Part shown: positions 39,701 through 51,560 of the stretch, piece by piece
Position numbering within the stretch: the stretch's first letter is position 1
Layout: every line of letters starts with the position of its first letter
Source: Raillietiella orientalis
Taxonomy: Eukaryota
Length of the DNA: 64,000 nucleotides
Direction of reading: 5' to 3'
Assembly (NCBI GenBank): GCA_036172245.1
Contig: JAYWIR010000046.1
Location: 620,001-684,000, forward strand
The notes under the pieces: generated by a model
The model's database searches: none
Seen by the model: only the letters and a program-made list of their open reading frames with translations
What the model was told of the DNA's origin: nothing
Translations under genes and position numbers: made by a program

Positions 39701-42700
39701 TGAAAAAATTTCACGAATTAGAGTCGCGAATTTTCGGCACTCGGATTTGCAGTGCGTAAAGCCACTCGGCGTGTTATCACTTGAAACTTGAGTTTCACTT
39801 TTTCTTGCTGAGTGTTCATGTTCATCTCTGTTTCTCTGAAGTCCGCGTGCAGTGTTTGTAGAAGCCTGAATTTTTGTGACGGAAGGGATACATTTTCGAA
39901 ACAGTATCGTGGAAATCTTGATCTCCACGTTACTGTTTCGACTTCTCACCCCTTCAGTTTCACTGCCTTGCTTCCTAGGCAGGCATTTTTGAGCCTATTT
40001 TCGTTGCGAAGGTTCCACCTTAACGTATTGCAAGCACCGAAGATGTGTTGCTTCCATGACTCTGTTCATTAAGATGAAGGACAGTTTTATGAAACACGAG
40101 CACACAAACCATTTCCAGAGGAAATGCATTGTGTGCTCTCCATTTTGTATGGAAGAGCACTGTAAAATGGAAGCTGCCATAAGTTAACAAGAGTGGACAA
40201 CAGTCCTGCTTCACTAATCCGGTTAAACTGCAAGAATCCTGAATTGTGGCTGCTGATAAATGGATCCCTCCTCTTAGTACGCGAGGTGACATACAAGATT
40301 GAACAGGTTCCAGCAGTTTTTTTGATGGGTCATACGAGACTACGAGCTGTATAAACCAAACACGGAAGCTCGAAGTGTGTTCATGGTAGGCATGAACTGT
40401 CCATAACTAATTGACCGTCACTAGCTTATCACTGCTAGCTTAGAAATACTGAGAATTTATGAACCACTTGAAAGTTCCTCAGGTTTACTGTTTTACGGTT
40501 GTGAAAACATGACATGTTTCCTTGTTAAGGCAACCCAGAAGTTCTAATTCGATTGCAAATTCGAAATCATGGATAATGAGAAAGAAACGAAACTTATCAA
40601 TCATGGAAAGGCGCAAACTTTACGAGGCGGAAAGAGTAAGATAGGGAATTCGGAACGTAACCTTAAGAACTTAATTCACGATGCAACACACAAGAAAACT
40701 GAGATAAGATTGAGTTTATTCCTTTATTCCTTTTCAAGGTCTTGAAATTCGCTTGAAGCTGCAAAAATTGTTCCCATATCTAAATCTAATATGTCTTTCG
40801 TACAAACTTCAGCGAGGATTGTACACATGGCATTTGGGTCAAGGATTGGGTGACTGCTTGTGTTTCTTATCACTTATTTAGTTGGAAACATTATTATCAG
40901 GTAACATGAAACAACTAAATGCAGCTGTTCACAGAATTTCTTGAATTATTCGCACAATTATTTAGGAAGGAGTTGAAGGTGGTGGGAGGGTTTTCGTAAT
41001 TTCACATACGTGTTATGTAAAAAGTGTGGAACACTTCTAGAATGTTGTATCAGATAATCTCATTAGCACTGTTTTTTTTTTTTAAATTGTAATAATTGAA
41101 CCTAAATGATGAGACTTCAAATGAACAAAAAATAGATGAAATGAGGGGAGAACAGAAATATTGCGGACTTCATGCATCGGAAGGATTTCGAAATATCAAA
41201 CTGATTGCTCAAGTAATTTTCTGTTTTAGAGATAGCTCTTGTGCAAGCTTCGTGCACTATCAGTCCTCTGCATCAGTCCATCCCTCACTTCGTGCCTGTT
41301 TCGTGCATAGATTCATTTGTGCGAGCAAATTTTTCCCATTCAGCTTCGCTTGCAAAGGATATATTTTGCACCGGCTCAGTAAATGGCCAAATGTATTTCC
41401 AATGTGTGTGATATCAAAGATTTAAAGGATAAGGTAGCTGAAGGTGTTTCTTATAAGTTTTTTCCTCAACAAAGCAGGTGAATTCTTAGGAACGAGTGGT
41501 TAGCGGAAAAGTTTTGAAAGATGTACTTCAGTCAATTAGTACACAGTTTAGATAGTTCAAGTTGTACTTCGATCCATTTTCGGTCTCCCACAGAATCTCA
41601 TGCATCGATGCATTACAAGATTGACATGCATAATGCATATCTATTCATCCAATGTTCACATCAAGTGTACATTCGATGTACGTGCTACAAATGTATGTGT
41701 GCACACGTGTTTTTGACAATACTCCGTTAAGCTAATTTTTCGAACATTTGATTTGACGCACGCTGTCTTTGCAATATAAGGAGAGAGTTCATTTTTTCAT
41801 GATGCCTTCGTCTCTGCCCAAAAAGGTCTTTGCATCCAGATGACATGTTTACTCAGCATAAAATGCTTCTGATGTTTCTGGCACTAATGAGTTTTTGTAA
41901 GAGGCTCAGAGCTGAGGTCGGATTAACGAGAACTAGACGCCACACATTAGCAAACCGTCGTTCCAGGCACCACATGGAATTCAGGAGGAACAAAATACGG
42001 ACAAGAGGTGAGGTACATGAAATTTAGCACTGGTTTATGGTGGCGCTTGCACTCAGAGCACGGTTGCGTTTTCTCTCATCTCGGTTGTCAAGCATGATCA
42101 GAGACTTGCATAACGCCTCGCTAACATTCGTGCGCAAGAAAAGTCATCTTCACAAGCAAATGAAAAAGGGGAAGAAGGCACGGGTCAGAGCACCCTCTGG
42201 GTATGCAAAGCGATAGAAAGAAGTGGGAAGCTAGATCGGTCGCGAAAATCCCGTAACCGTAACGTCCGCTTCAAGGAAATCAGCCTTAGATGGACTGCGG
42301 TTGCGCTTGAAATTTCGTCTCCGTGAATCCCGAAGATTCCCACACATGTGATTGCTTTCCGTGATGCAAATGAAGTGAAACGAAAACGGGGAAATCCAAT
42401 CAGAATCGTTCATCCGGTCAGCTCTTACAGTCGGTCCACTCCAACAGCTCACGCCGGTTTCTCTTCACCTGTCCCTTTCATTAGGCGAAGTGCTTGAGAT
42501 TCTGGCCTTTTTTTCCCCTGTAATCAAGTCGCGCAAAGTTCGGCGAATCACAATCAAGTCAGCGGCTGCAGGTTCATGGGGTGCATGGAAAAGGCACGGT
42601 CGGTCAACGCGAATAGCAGGCGCGGCCAGATAAAGAAATCCAACTTGACTACTGCTGCTTGCTGCTCCGCTAACAAACTCGTTCCGAGGACGAAGAAAGT

Positions 42701-45700
42701 TTCCGTTTCCCTTCCTTGTGCCTACTGTCTCCTAGCAAAGCAAATTTTTGGGCTCGCGAGCTCAGGAAGGAGGGTTGATTGCTTGCGGTCCTGACGAGCA
42801 TCCTGAACACATCTCAAGTTCTCGACAGTCAACATTTTCCCCAGGTCCAACTGCGAACAGCCGATTCTGTTTGCCTTCTGCGAAAGTGACCTTAGGAAAG
42901 TCAAAGTCATCTGGTGATCGAGTTATCTCGATCCTTCCATCGACTGAAGCTGGGTTTGCCCGGCGCCGTGCCATCAGACTGTCGAGAATCATCTAGGAAA
43001 TGGATATCTCAACAGAGACTGCGGTACAAATCAAATAACAAATCGCTGCACTGATGGCACGGGAAGCCACTAAGTGGCTTCCCGTGTGCTTCCCAAGTGA
43101 GAGCATTTTTCTTGTGATGGAATGAGCTCAGTTGGCCTTCGCTCAACTCAGACCCATGAACTTTACGGTGCGCGTCCATCTGGCATGTGCTCACGTACAA
43201 GAAGGAAGGCATGCAAGTACATGCCTTCGCACCTCGCTTTGCGCATCCTCACAAGCACAAGCAATACGCATTCGTGGACAAAAGGTTTTGTACATCATTT
43301 CGCGTGTAAGTAATGCGTTCCACTGATAGTTCTTTGTTTCACGTATCAGCGCGAAAAAACGACCGAAAAAAAAAGGATACTTGTTGAAGAAATGACGTCC
43401 GGATGATGCTGCGTTTTGAATTTAATGTGCTAGCAGACAGAACATTTGTGGGATGCACTGCCGTGTGAACTCGAAGTTTGTGACACGGATACGGGAATAA
43501 GATGCTCGAGACGAGGTGGAGATGCAGACTGTAGGTGAAATTTAGCCCATCTTCGCACGTTTCCAAGTCATGAACTTTTCACATACTTCTTTCCTCCTTC
43601 TCTCTAGCCGAGACCAGCTTCTCATGGATAGAGGAAACAGACTGTCTGAAAAACTTCGCTCGCATTTGTTGCGCTAATTTCCCATCTTATCATGTCTTTG
43701 TATATACATACATGTATATATTTTTTAATTATCTATATCTTATTTCATTATGGGTTACAGAAGAAACCTTTCCTTCTTTCTCAACGTATGAGAATCGGTA
43801 TCACTGCCCATCACTTTCGACTTTTTGGTAGATACCAGCATGCAATACACCAGATTTTTGGAAATTGAAGCAACTCTTTGCAACTGCTTCCTTGGTTGTG
43901 ATTTTGCTTAATGGCTTAAGAACCAACAGAAAAAAATCTGTTCCCGACTGCGTCTCTCCGTTCCATGCTTGCTGCCTGGTGCGAACGGGATGCATCCTGC
44001 TTTATGATTTCAAAAATAAATCAAATCAACAGCGTCATCGCATCTCAATGGCAACTGGAGTGCCCGAGCAATGCATCCGTGGTCTTTCGAGCTGCTAATT
44101 TTGCAGCACGAAGGACCGAGAGTCTATTTGTTGTCAGGAACCGTGCCCATGATTTTCCCTTATGGAAGGCTTTGCAGCTCGTGGATGATCCTCGTTTGGC
44201 ATCAGGATGGGATCTCGGCCGTATTCCCACGATATCCTGGATGCCCAAACACTCCACGAACAGGTTTTCCAAAATCTAATTTTAGAATCTCGACAGAATC
44301 TCAGAGAGAAACGAGCGATGAAGCTGTGGGAATGCTGATATTCTTGTTTTTTTTTTTTCCTTGTTCGGGAAAGTAGCTGATATCTCATAGTGGTCCGAGG
44401 AGACATCGACCAAGAATCCCTAAGCATTTGAGTGATCACATTAATGGTTAAAATGCATGACACCTGCCTGATGCCACTCCACTATTCGCCTTTTCAAAGA
44501 GTGCGCACCATTAACGAAATCTGTGGTTCGCACCCACCGTGTCTTTGAGTTCCGTCTGGGAACGCAAACCACACAGCAGGACTGTCCTACCTGCCTTGTT
44601 GTACGCGAAATGATCGCGGGCTCCTCTCGATTACGAAGGATTTCAGTCTGAGTTCTCATCTTCATTCTCAACAAAGTTACCGAATGATTTTTTCCTCATG
44701 TCGCTGAGAATCCCCAAAGCTGCTTGGACCAGAGGAACAGGTACAATCAGATCTTTGCTGTTGGAGCAAATCTATTCTTGGCGAATCATTGCAAATCGAA
44801 TTAGGAGCAAAATAGTCTTGTTGCTTGTAATTCGATTTGCTAAAATTAAAAATCTGACTGGAGAGAGGCGTGCTTATGCGGCTCTCTTGCCTTGTTTCTG
44901 TTTTCCCTTGTACGTCTTTCATGAAATGCTTCTACGCATCTTCGAGTCCCGCCGCACTTCCAGCCTCAGTATCCTCAGTCTCCCGAATGCTGTCGGTTTT
45001 TCTCATTTTGAGTCTTAGAATTCATCCATGAGCAAGCACAGATGCGGGGTTGAGCACATAATGTGGCCAGGCGTTCATGGAAGAATGGAGACACGCATGT
45101 TTTTGGCATGTTCCTGTTCCATTCCTCAGAATTTCACTCGGAAAGACGTGGATCGAACATTCGGCCTTTGACACGATTTCTTTAGGGCATGATTTTTCCT
45201 TATCCACCCCTCCTTTTGTTGCTTTGCTCTTTTCGAGCTCTGCAACATGCTAAGAAAGAATTTCTAACATGAAAAGAGAAGGCTTATCTATGAGCATGGA
45301 CTAATATGCACTGACCATACGCATGGTTACAACATATTACATGTCAAGTGTGATGCAGGCAGAGGTTCTTGTGGTCTTTTGTGAGATCTTTGTTTTGGGG
45401 TTACAAAATTCATCTGTTTACAAGATACACGTCACTTAGTGTTCGAGTGCCCAAAGTCCTGTTAGGCATTAAAAAATACAACACGATTTACCAATCAAAC
45501 AGTTCATCAGTACGATTTTTCCGAGGCTGTAGCATACGCTGAAGAAGCAACAACACTATTGGAAGAAGCAAGTGCTGTTTGTAAAAAATTTGGATAAAAG
45601 CAAGGAGTGACTCGGTCAGCAAAGTGGTTAGCTCATTCGTGAACAAGAGATCACAAGAATGCAAGCTAGGCGAATCAAGGTATGCGCACATTAACGAAAT

Positions 45701-48700
45701 CTGCAGTTCGCATCTGTCGTGTCTTTCAGTTTCGTTTAGAAATGCGTCAACTACAACTGGACCATACTACCTATGCCAGCAAGAACAGGAAGGAGTTTCT
45801 CTGAGATGATCGAAAGAGGCGAGTACAAAAACAGAGGAAGAAGAAAAGTAGATGATATCCCAGTGGTCCGAGGAACCATCGACCAAGAATCCCTAAGCAT
45901 TTGAGCGATCACAGTAATGGTCAAAGTGCATGACGCTTCCTGGAAGAGGAAGATCACACACACAACAAGGCGACTTTTGTAGCCGAACTGCTTTGCTTTG
46001 GCTCCTTGACGCGTGGTGAGGTGCATTCAAGCGAAAACAAAAGTTAATGTGAGCCTTTTTTTCTTCCAGTGGAAGAGGAGCAAAGTGATTCTTGCAAATT
46101 CAGTTCCTGCTCACAAAGCTTCCTTCAAAGGATGATCACATTAATGGTCAAAATACACCGGCGGGGTGTGGCTTCCTTTTAGATTAATCGACCGCTCTTC
46201 TAGGAGACCAGTTCTGCCTTTATCTATCTTGCCCATAATCATTCACTTCTTTGGCAGTCTCTTGGCATCTCTCAGGACTTCGAAAACAAAGGCCTAAGAG
46301 AATGCACATCATTGCTGTTTCTTGCATGCTTCCCTTCAACGAAAATAACCGAACCTAAGCCTTTAAGAGAATCTTGCTTTCCGTTCTTCTTTGCGAGTTC
46401 CCATGCTCCTAGTGTTAAGCTGCTAAAGCATCACGTGCTTTTTGCGTCATCAGGAGCTGCGAAGAATTATTCGCAGTGTATGCAATGAACAGGAATGCAG
46501 TTGCGAGTGGTTCCATTTGGGGAAAACATGAGCTGATTCATAGAACAGCGAGGAAATTTGTGAAGCGGAAGTAAGGATCAGGTGTGAATCGCTGAAGAGC
46601 ACAGCAATTGCATTTCCTGACGGGTTCTTTCCCAAGCGGAAAAGTGCCGTGCAAACTATAATAAATACACCAGAGGTTTATCTCCCTAATTGAGGGTTTG
46701 TAACTCCTTGTTTACACACAGCAGGCTCCCTTGAGGAAATTTTCAGTGATCTCAAAACAGCACATTCTTCATGCAACAAATGGTGCAAACATCCTTCAAG
46801 GCTGCCAGCAAGGAAACGCCGCTTGCAGCACGGAAGACTATTATGGCATTTCAAAGAAATTCCTACGGCTGTTAGTGAGATCTAAGGAAAATCACACTGG
46901 AAAATTGGATGAAAACTTCCTTGCGGCTGGTTTCTAAGTTCTGCTGATTAACATGTGCAGTTTCTGAAAAGTTTGGTTAGGGCTTTTCGCAGTTTCCCAG
47001 ACCAAGATGGTTTCATGTTGGTTTTCAGAACTGGTAACTTAGCTCAGATTAGGGACCCTTCACTTGTCGGGGTGGTCAGGAACGTGCCGATGAAAGCAGG
47101 GTTTGCGAACAAGGTTTTGGAATCAAGGGGAATCATGCAGCCCATTTTCAACATGTCTCATCACGCAAATGGATCTAATGGCACCCGCAAAAGAGATCTG
47201 GTGCAAGAAGATCAAAACATTGGAATACCTAAAGAAGTTTCTGAAAAAATCAACTTTAGTAGCTAACGGAGATGTGTATTTTGCTGCTATTGGCCTACTG
47301 TTTCCGTTGTAGATGTAGCTGCTCTGGAGATGTGTTGGTTTCGTAGCTCTCAGTTAGTTCCTCTCTTTCGATGACACTGTCGGAGGCTTAGTAAAAAGAA
47401 GAAACGATAATTGTTCGGAAAACCTACAAGGACACAGACGGAATGGTTGTCTCCAGTGGTGAGTGTCAGTGTGCTGAGAGAACGCATGCTGACTCCGAGG
47501 TAACACGCAAAAGTTCCTGGCAGATCCAACAATCAAAAGCACAGAGTTTGTCGCAGTTCGTGGTAGCTTAGAGGATTTATTCCCCCCTCCCCCTCTCACA
47601 GTAGCGTTCACGAATTACATTCAAATATAATTGGATTTGTTGTGAACTATGAGGTATTGGTAATGTTCTGATTGGAGCCAAGAAGATGGATTCACAGTGC
47701 CTTCACAGTGGTTTCTCATGTGAATGCACTGAGTCTGAATTCTGAGCACGGCTAGGAGACCGAAGAGAATTCTTCAATTCTCTTACATGCTTGACTGATT
47801 CTTCTTCCATTGGAATCGCATTTCTGATAGTGAGAAAGTCCATTGAAGGTGAAGATTATCAAAGAAATAGTAGGCGTGCACTCAGAGTAACACTAGTGCC
47901 CATGGAAACTGATGTACACAGAACTAGACCGAAACTGAGGAGACAGCTAAGGATGCATGTTTAGCGTTAGAGGTGGCTGAAATGTAAGCTGAATTTCGTA
48001 TGAGAGTCTCTAAGAAATGCACATCCTTCATATGATGAATAACCACAAGATGTGTGTAATATAACACCAGAATAAGCATTTCATATGATGTCAACACCTC
48101 AATTTTCACGAGGAGGCTGTGCCTAGAATCCACATTCTTGGCTCGATCACGGAAAGATGTTTCATTTCTCTTCTATGTCATCATGGCTTCGAAATATACT
48201 CTTCGCGAAATTCCCTCTCTCTTGAGCAGAGATGGCTTCTTAGCAAAAACACACAGAGGAACCCTTTTTATCATGGGGGTGACTCATTGCTTCAAGATTA
48301 ACGAATGTCTAGGCAAACAACAGAACTCTTCATTCCCCCAAAACATCATAACTCGGTGTTTGCAGAACGAGCAGTCAGAAAATACGCTAAAAATTTGGCA
48401 GAATACGAAACGTCAAGCTCTATTAATATCACGGCAGTCCTTGGTGTCCGTGCATTCGGCTTGCCTGGATGTTCCAACTAGCACACCGGATGTCCTTATC
48501 TCTTTGAAAGCAGGAGCGACAATCCGCTCCTGGGTATAGAGAAGCTCGTTCGATTTACCGCCCAATGAAAATGGATGAGGACAGGCTGAAATCTGTCTAC
48601 ACGTGAATTCCCAGTTTTCCTCCCTCTTCGAGGAGTCTCGAAATTTCAAGATTTGTGATTCCTGATTCCCACATCACCTTCCTTCGTTGGATGGAGATTC

Positions 48701-51214
48701 TTGCTTTACTGGTGCTCTCAGCTACCGCATTGTTTTCGTGAACTTCCAGGACCGTATTCGTTTTCCTTGCCCTTCAGATAGTACACTGGATCTCCAGCTA
48801 CACTCGACACGACATTGGCCTGTTAGCAAGGACATTCCCTGGTGAGATCTAATCGTAATTATTATCAGGGCCGAATGCCGCTACGAAGCACACAGTTTCT
48901 AAAAAACGCATGCCCGAAACCCCGACCGAATCCACAAATCCATCATTATTGAGACATGGTAACCACAGGGCTCCTTGCTTCGAAGGTGCCCCCAATTATC
49001 GCTTCCGAATGTGTCGTGATGAGCCGGCATGGCTGTTCATCCGTGTTCACATCAAAACGGAGATTTATTCGAAGAAACCGACAAACCGACGCGGTGCGCT
49101 AAACCGCAATACGGATGAAATTACTGCTTTTATGTAAATGCCACTGTACTGATGGCCGGAAGCATCCGTTCTTTTATCAGGAGGTGGCACATCTGCTTTA
49201 GGAAGTTTCAAAATCAGTTTGAAATCAGCTGAGCTCAACTGAAAGTGTGTATACTGATCTTTGGGGTGCGAATATCTCCACCTCTCGAAGAGTAGCAAGA
49301 GCACTAAACACGCAGCCACGTCAAAACGCGTAGTATTGGTCGAACTGGTGCACGCGGAAGGTGGTCTTTCTCTCGAAAGTGCGTTCTATGTCGAAGGGAT
49401 GTGGATGCTGAGAAAGGGATGGGAAAATTTCATGCAGGGAGGTGAGCGAGGAAGATAAGAGTTCTGGAACCTCTCAGAAGTGCAGATCGTGGTGGATTCT
49501 GCGCCGGTAAAAGAAAGAGAACGTGTTTATCTTCCGAATGAAATCTTAAAAGATAAAAAAATTTTTTTTTGTGTGTTCCTCTACTTTTACTCATCTCAAA
49601 CCAACATCCATTCCTTTTGAGTTTCGATCACAAATCCCTTCAGAATTGCGCGTTCCCTGGAGCCCCCTGGATTACCAGAGATCTCTCTAAACACGTTTCC
49701 TCCCTGCGGCAGCCTGTCCTTCCTCATGCGCATTGCGACACAGCACATCGTGTCGGAGCGGCGATGTTGGATTCATCAATCCTTCCCCCAAAGCCTACTC
49801 GTGCCAAAGGGTCGAGTGAAGCGGCGACCTCCAAGCAAATCCGCAACCGCGCGGGTGGTCAGGTTCCCCCTCGCATTGAATCGACATCTCTTTCCGGATG
49901 AAAACGAAGCCTCATGCTCTTACAAATGGACTCTTACGGTCTCCCTGCCCGCAATCGTCCTTGTGAGTTTCGGGTGTTGCACTGTTTGGTCTATTCGAGG
50001 GGTGAACGTGCGGCACATGGGCTTTTCCGAAGAGCTCCACACTTCAGTAACCCCTGTTTTTCCAAGGAGATGTTTCTGTTTGCTGGACTGTCTGTCATTC
50101 GCGATTCGCTTCCTGAAAGAAAGATGAAACCGCTCAGCCTGCATCCAGCAGATTCACATGAAACTCCAAGCGCTGCTGAGAAAAGCAACTCTCTGGGCAG
50201 AAAGCATCCGCTGAAGGCATCCTCATTATGGGCGAGCTGCTGTCCTTTTAGAGAACCGAAATTCCAAGAACCTTGCCCTATTCTTGCTCTCTGATTTTAC
50301 TATGGAATGTAACAAATAGGCACGCGCTGACGTAGTAGACGAGAAGAGGTGAAAGACAGAGTCATGTTACGAGGATGACTTTCCCGTCTCAGGGCATAGC
50401 ACTCCCAAGCTGAATATCGTGCACTGTTCGTTTGAAGAGTTCTATTTCCACCGTGAGAATCCCCCTGGAAACGGAGACGCTCGTTTTAGGGAGCCTCGTT
50501 CGCATGTGAAATCGTGGGCTGATGGAGCCCTTAATCTACTGTTGTTTCCAGATGAAGAACCTCTCGCTCTGTTAATTTATTGCCGATGAGGATTACAGGG
50601 ACGTGCCTGCGAAAGTAGATGGGACAATTAGATTCACTCTGAGGATTTAAGGATGGCTGGAAACAGCGAAACTTGTTGAAAGGAGGGAAGGGGAGCAGCA
50701 AGAATCAATTTCGACCTCCCATAGGGGGAGTGAAATTTCCAGAACGAAGCTCCCAAAGTCAAACAGTTTTATGGACGAGTGCATGTTGAGCGTCCCAACA
50801 GAACGTGCCAATTATAAGCTTTTCGGGAAGTGCGATGAACAGGCAGAGCAGATCAAGGACGGGATAGACGAAAGATCTGGATGGCTGAGTGTTCCCGATT
50901 GGTATTTTCGAGTGGATGGCCGGTATTCTAAAGAATGAAACCAGGGCACGTTTTCTAATCTGCTCATTCGTTTCACTGTTGGTTATCGAAGAAAAGAAGA
51001 TTCCGCGTGCACTCTTTACTCTGCCGCTTTCTTTTGCGAAGAGCTTCAACGGCACTAATAGCGCAAGGAGCAAAAGCACGGTACCTTGACTGAGTAGCCT
51101 CTGAGCGTTGTCAAAGTTGCCCAAGGTGTTGAGCACGTATTTTTCTGTCAGCAGCTCCCTCACATAATCGGCATATTTGCGCATGAAAGCATGGGAGTCG
51201 ACGTCCTCAATCAT
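15581..51214 (-). CDS. KHDRBS: KH domain-containing, RNA-binding, signal transduction-associated (STAR family; Sam68/SLM/qkr-like) protein; spliced CDS join(51214-51085,19886-19759,19520-19404,19016-18870,15740-15581,...), 3' end unresolved
   Basis: Five exons splice in frame with GT-AG ends to give QUA1 (YVRELLTEK...AQRLLSQE), a KH domain ([33 protein letters not shown]...[17 protein letters not shown]...[13 protein letters not shown]) and QUA2 ([22 protein letters not shown]). This is colinear with the Sam68/KHDRBS STAR domain as I recall it. The paralog number cannot be assigned. Confidence 0.93.
17983..18575 (+). repeat. Inverted repeat arm A (593 bp), in intron 4
   Basis: Reverse complement of 23511-24103. 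Paired coordinates sum to 42086 throughout (no indels), and ORF translations are identical in both arms (18100..18351+ vs 23735..23986-). Confidence 0.97.
18870..19016 (-). CDS. KHDRBS: KHDRBS-like exon 4 (147 nt, KH C-terminal part)
   Basis: Acceptor tgtccccag|GAA, donor CCG|gtgaga; encodes [49 protein letters not shown]. Confidence 0.95.
19404..19520 (-). CDS. KHDRBS: KHDRBS-like exon 3 (117 nt, KH GxxG loop)
   Basis: Acceptor cctcccttgcag|TTC, donor AAG|gtaagc; encodes [39 protein letters not shown]. Confidence 0.96.
19759..19886 (-). CDS. KHDRBS: KHDRBS-like exon 2 (128 nt)
   Basis: Acceptor tcttctgcttccag|AG, donor AAG|gtgagg; encodes (E)[42 protein letters not shown]. This frame is not shown in the ORF track. 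Confidence 0.93.
20157..20401 (+). repeat. Purine-only minisatellite, ~17-bp unit AAGGG(AGG)4
   Basis: 245 consecutive A/G bases; the period is visible directly and as a 17-aa period in spurious ORF 20146..20661. Confidence 0.97.
23511..24103 (-). repeat. Inverted repeat arm B (593 bp), in intron 1
   Basis: Reverse complement of 17983-18575; no mismatches in the segments compared by eye. Confidence 0.97.
26627..30032 (+). repeat. Diverged ~100-bp direct repeat pair (about 26627-26733 and 29932-30032)
   Basis: gtctgatcggagagatg..gacctggact..ccagggacaaag..ctctccactgtgctcgaacaagtattcagggtgacccgagagaagtgt vs gtccgatcggtgagatg..gacctggact..ccaggagacaaag..ctctccatgtgctcgagcaagcattcagaatgacccaagagaggtgt. 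Confidence 0.85.
26650..27350 (-). mobile_element. Decayed non-LTR retrotransposon (CR1/L2-like) ORF2 C-terminal fragment
   Basis: Minus-strand fragments in the expected order: ENNLTLNA (cf. NxLxLN), [16 protein letters not shown] (cf. KxLGVxxDxxLxW), CYRTL..IRPSL..LPHQ (cf. LYxTLVRPxLEY..WxPH). Many stops. Confidence 0.4.
36900..37400 (-). mobile_element. Decayed hAT-like (SPIN/GTF2IRD2-type) transposase C-terminal fragment
   Basis: Stop-interrupted frame containing ILFIENPFS, followed by CKR/KGF...KDSGRSRL, resembling the hAT C-terminal CExxFS..KxxxRSRL motif. Confidence 0.33.
44370..46153 (+). repeat. Diverged direct-repeat modules A (44370-44470, 45845-45931, partial 46133-46153) and B (44502-44595, 45683-45778)
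   Basis: Shared strings gtggtccgagg..catcgaccaagaatccctaagcatttgag.gatcaca.taatggt.aaa.tgcatgac (A) and tgcgcac.cattaacgaaatctg..gttcgca....cgtgtcttt.agtt.cgt (B). Confidence 0.85.
51085..51214 (-). CDS. KHDRBS: KHDRBS-like exon 1 (start codon, QUA1 region)
   Basis: ATG in GCCGCCATGA context; encodes [43 protein letters not shown] plus 1 nt, matching the STAR QUA1 pattern YLxELLxEK...AxRLLxxE. Donor CAAG|GTACCG is phase 1 and completes GAG (E) with exon 2. Confidence 0.88.
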
Positions 51215-51560
51215 GGCGGCTCATCCGAGAATCCTCTTCCGCGAATGGGCTGCAGAAGATTCTTCCACCGAGCGGTAATCACCACAGGCTTAGCGGAGAG
51301 GGGCGTTGTGCAGCATGCGCAACCGATCTGGAGGAGCGATGGGAAGAGATTGTGAACGAACCGCGGAAACAGGTTGTTTTTCCACCTTGGAGCTACTGCG
51401 CAAATTCCCCCTTCTGTTACCAGATGCTTCGAATCGTTTTATCCGCTGCAACAGGCAGGCGTCACGCTCTCGATTAGAAGACGGGATTTAAATTCTGGAC
51501 GTTTATCAGTTTCGGCGAGGGGACTTTCCTGCCGTACTTGGAAGGGAAGTTCCGCTTCGT
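51215..51560 (-). promoter_or_regulatory. Probable 5' UTR / proximal promoter of the KHDRBS-like gene
   Basis: Directly upstream of the exon 1 ATG; locally CpG-rich, with a GC-box-like GAGGGGCGTTG near 51298-51308. TSS cannot be placed. Confidence 0.35.

Noticed and set aside
50759..51084. Remainder of the 151-aa ORF beyond exon 1
   Set aside because: STAR similarity ends at the GT donor (51084); the rest is read-through into intron 1.
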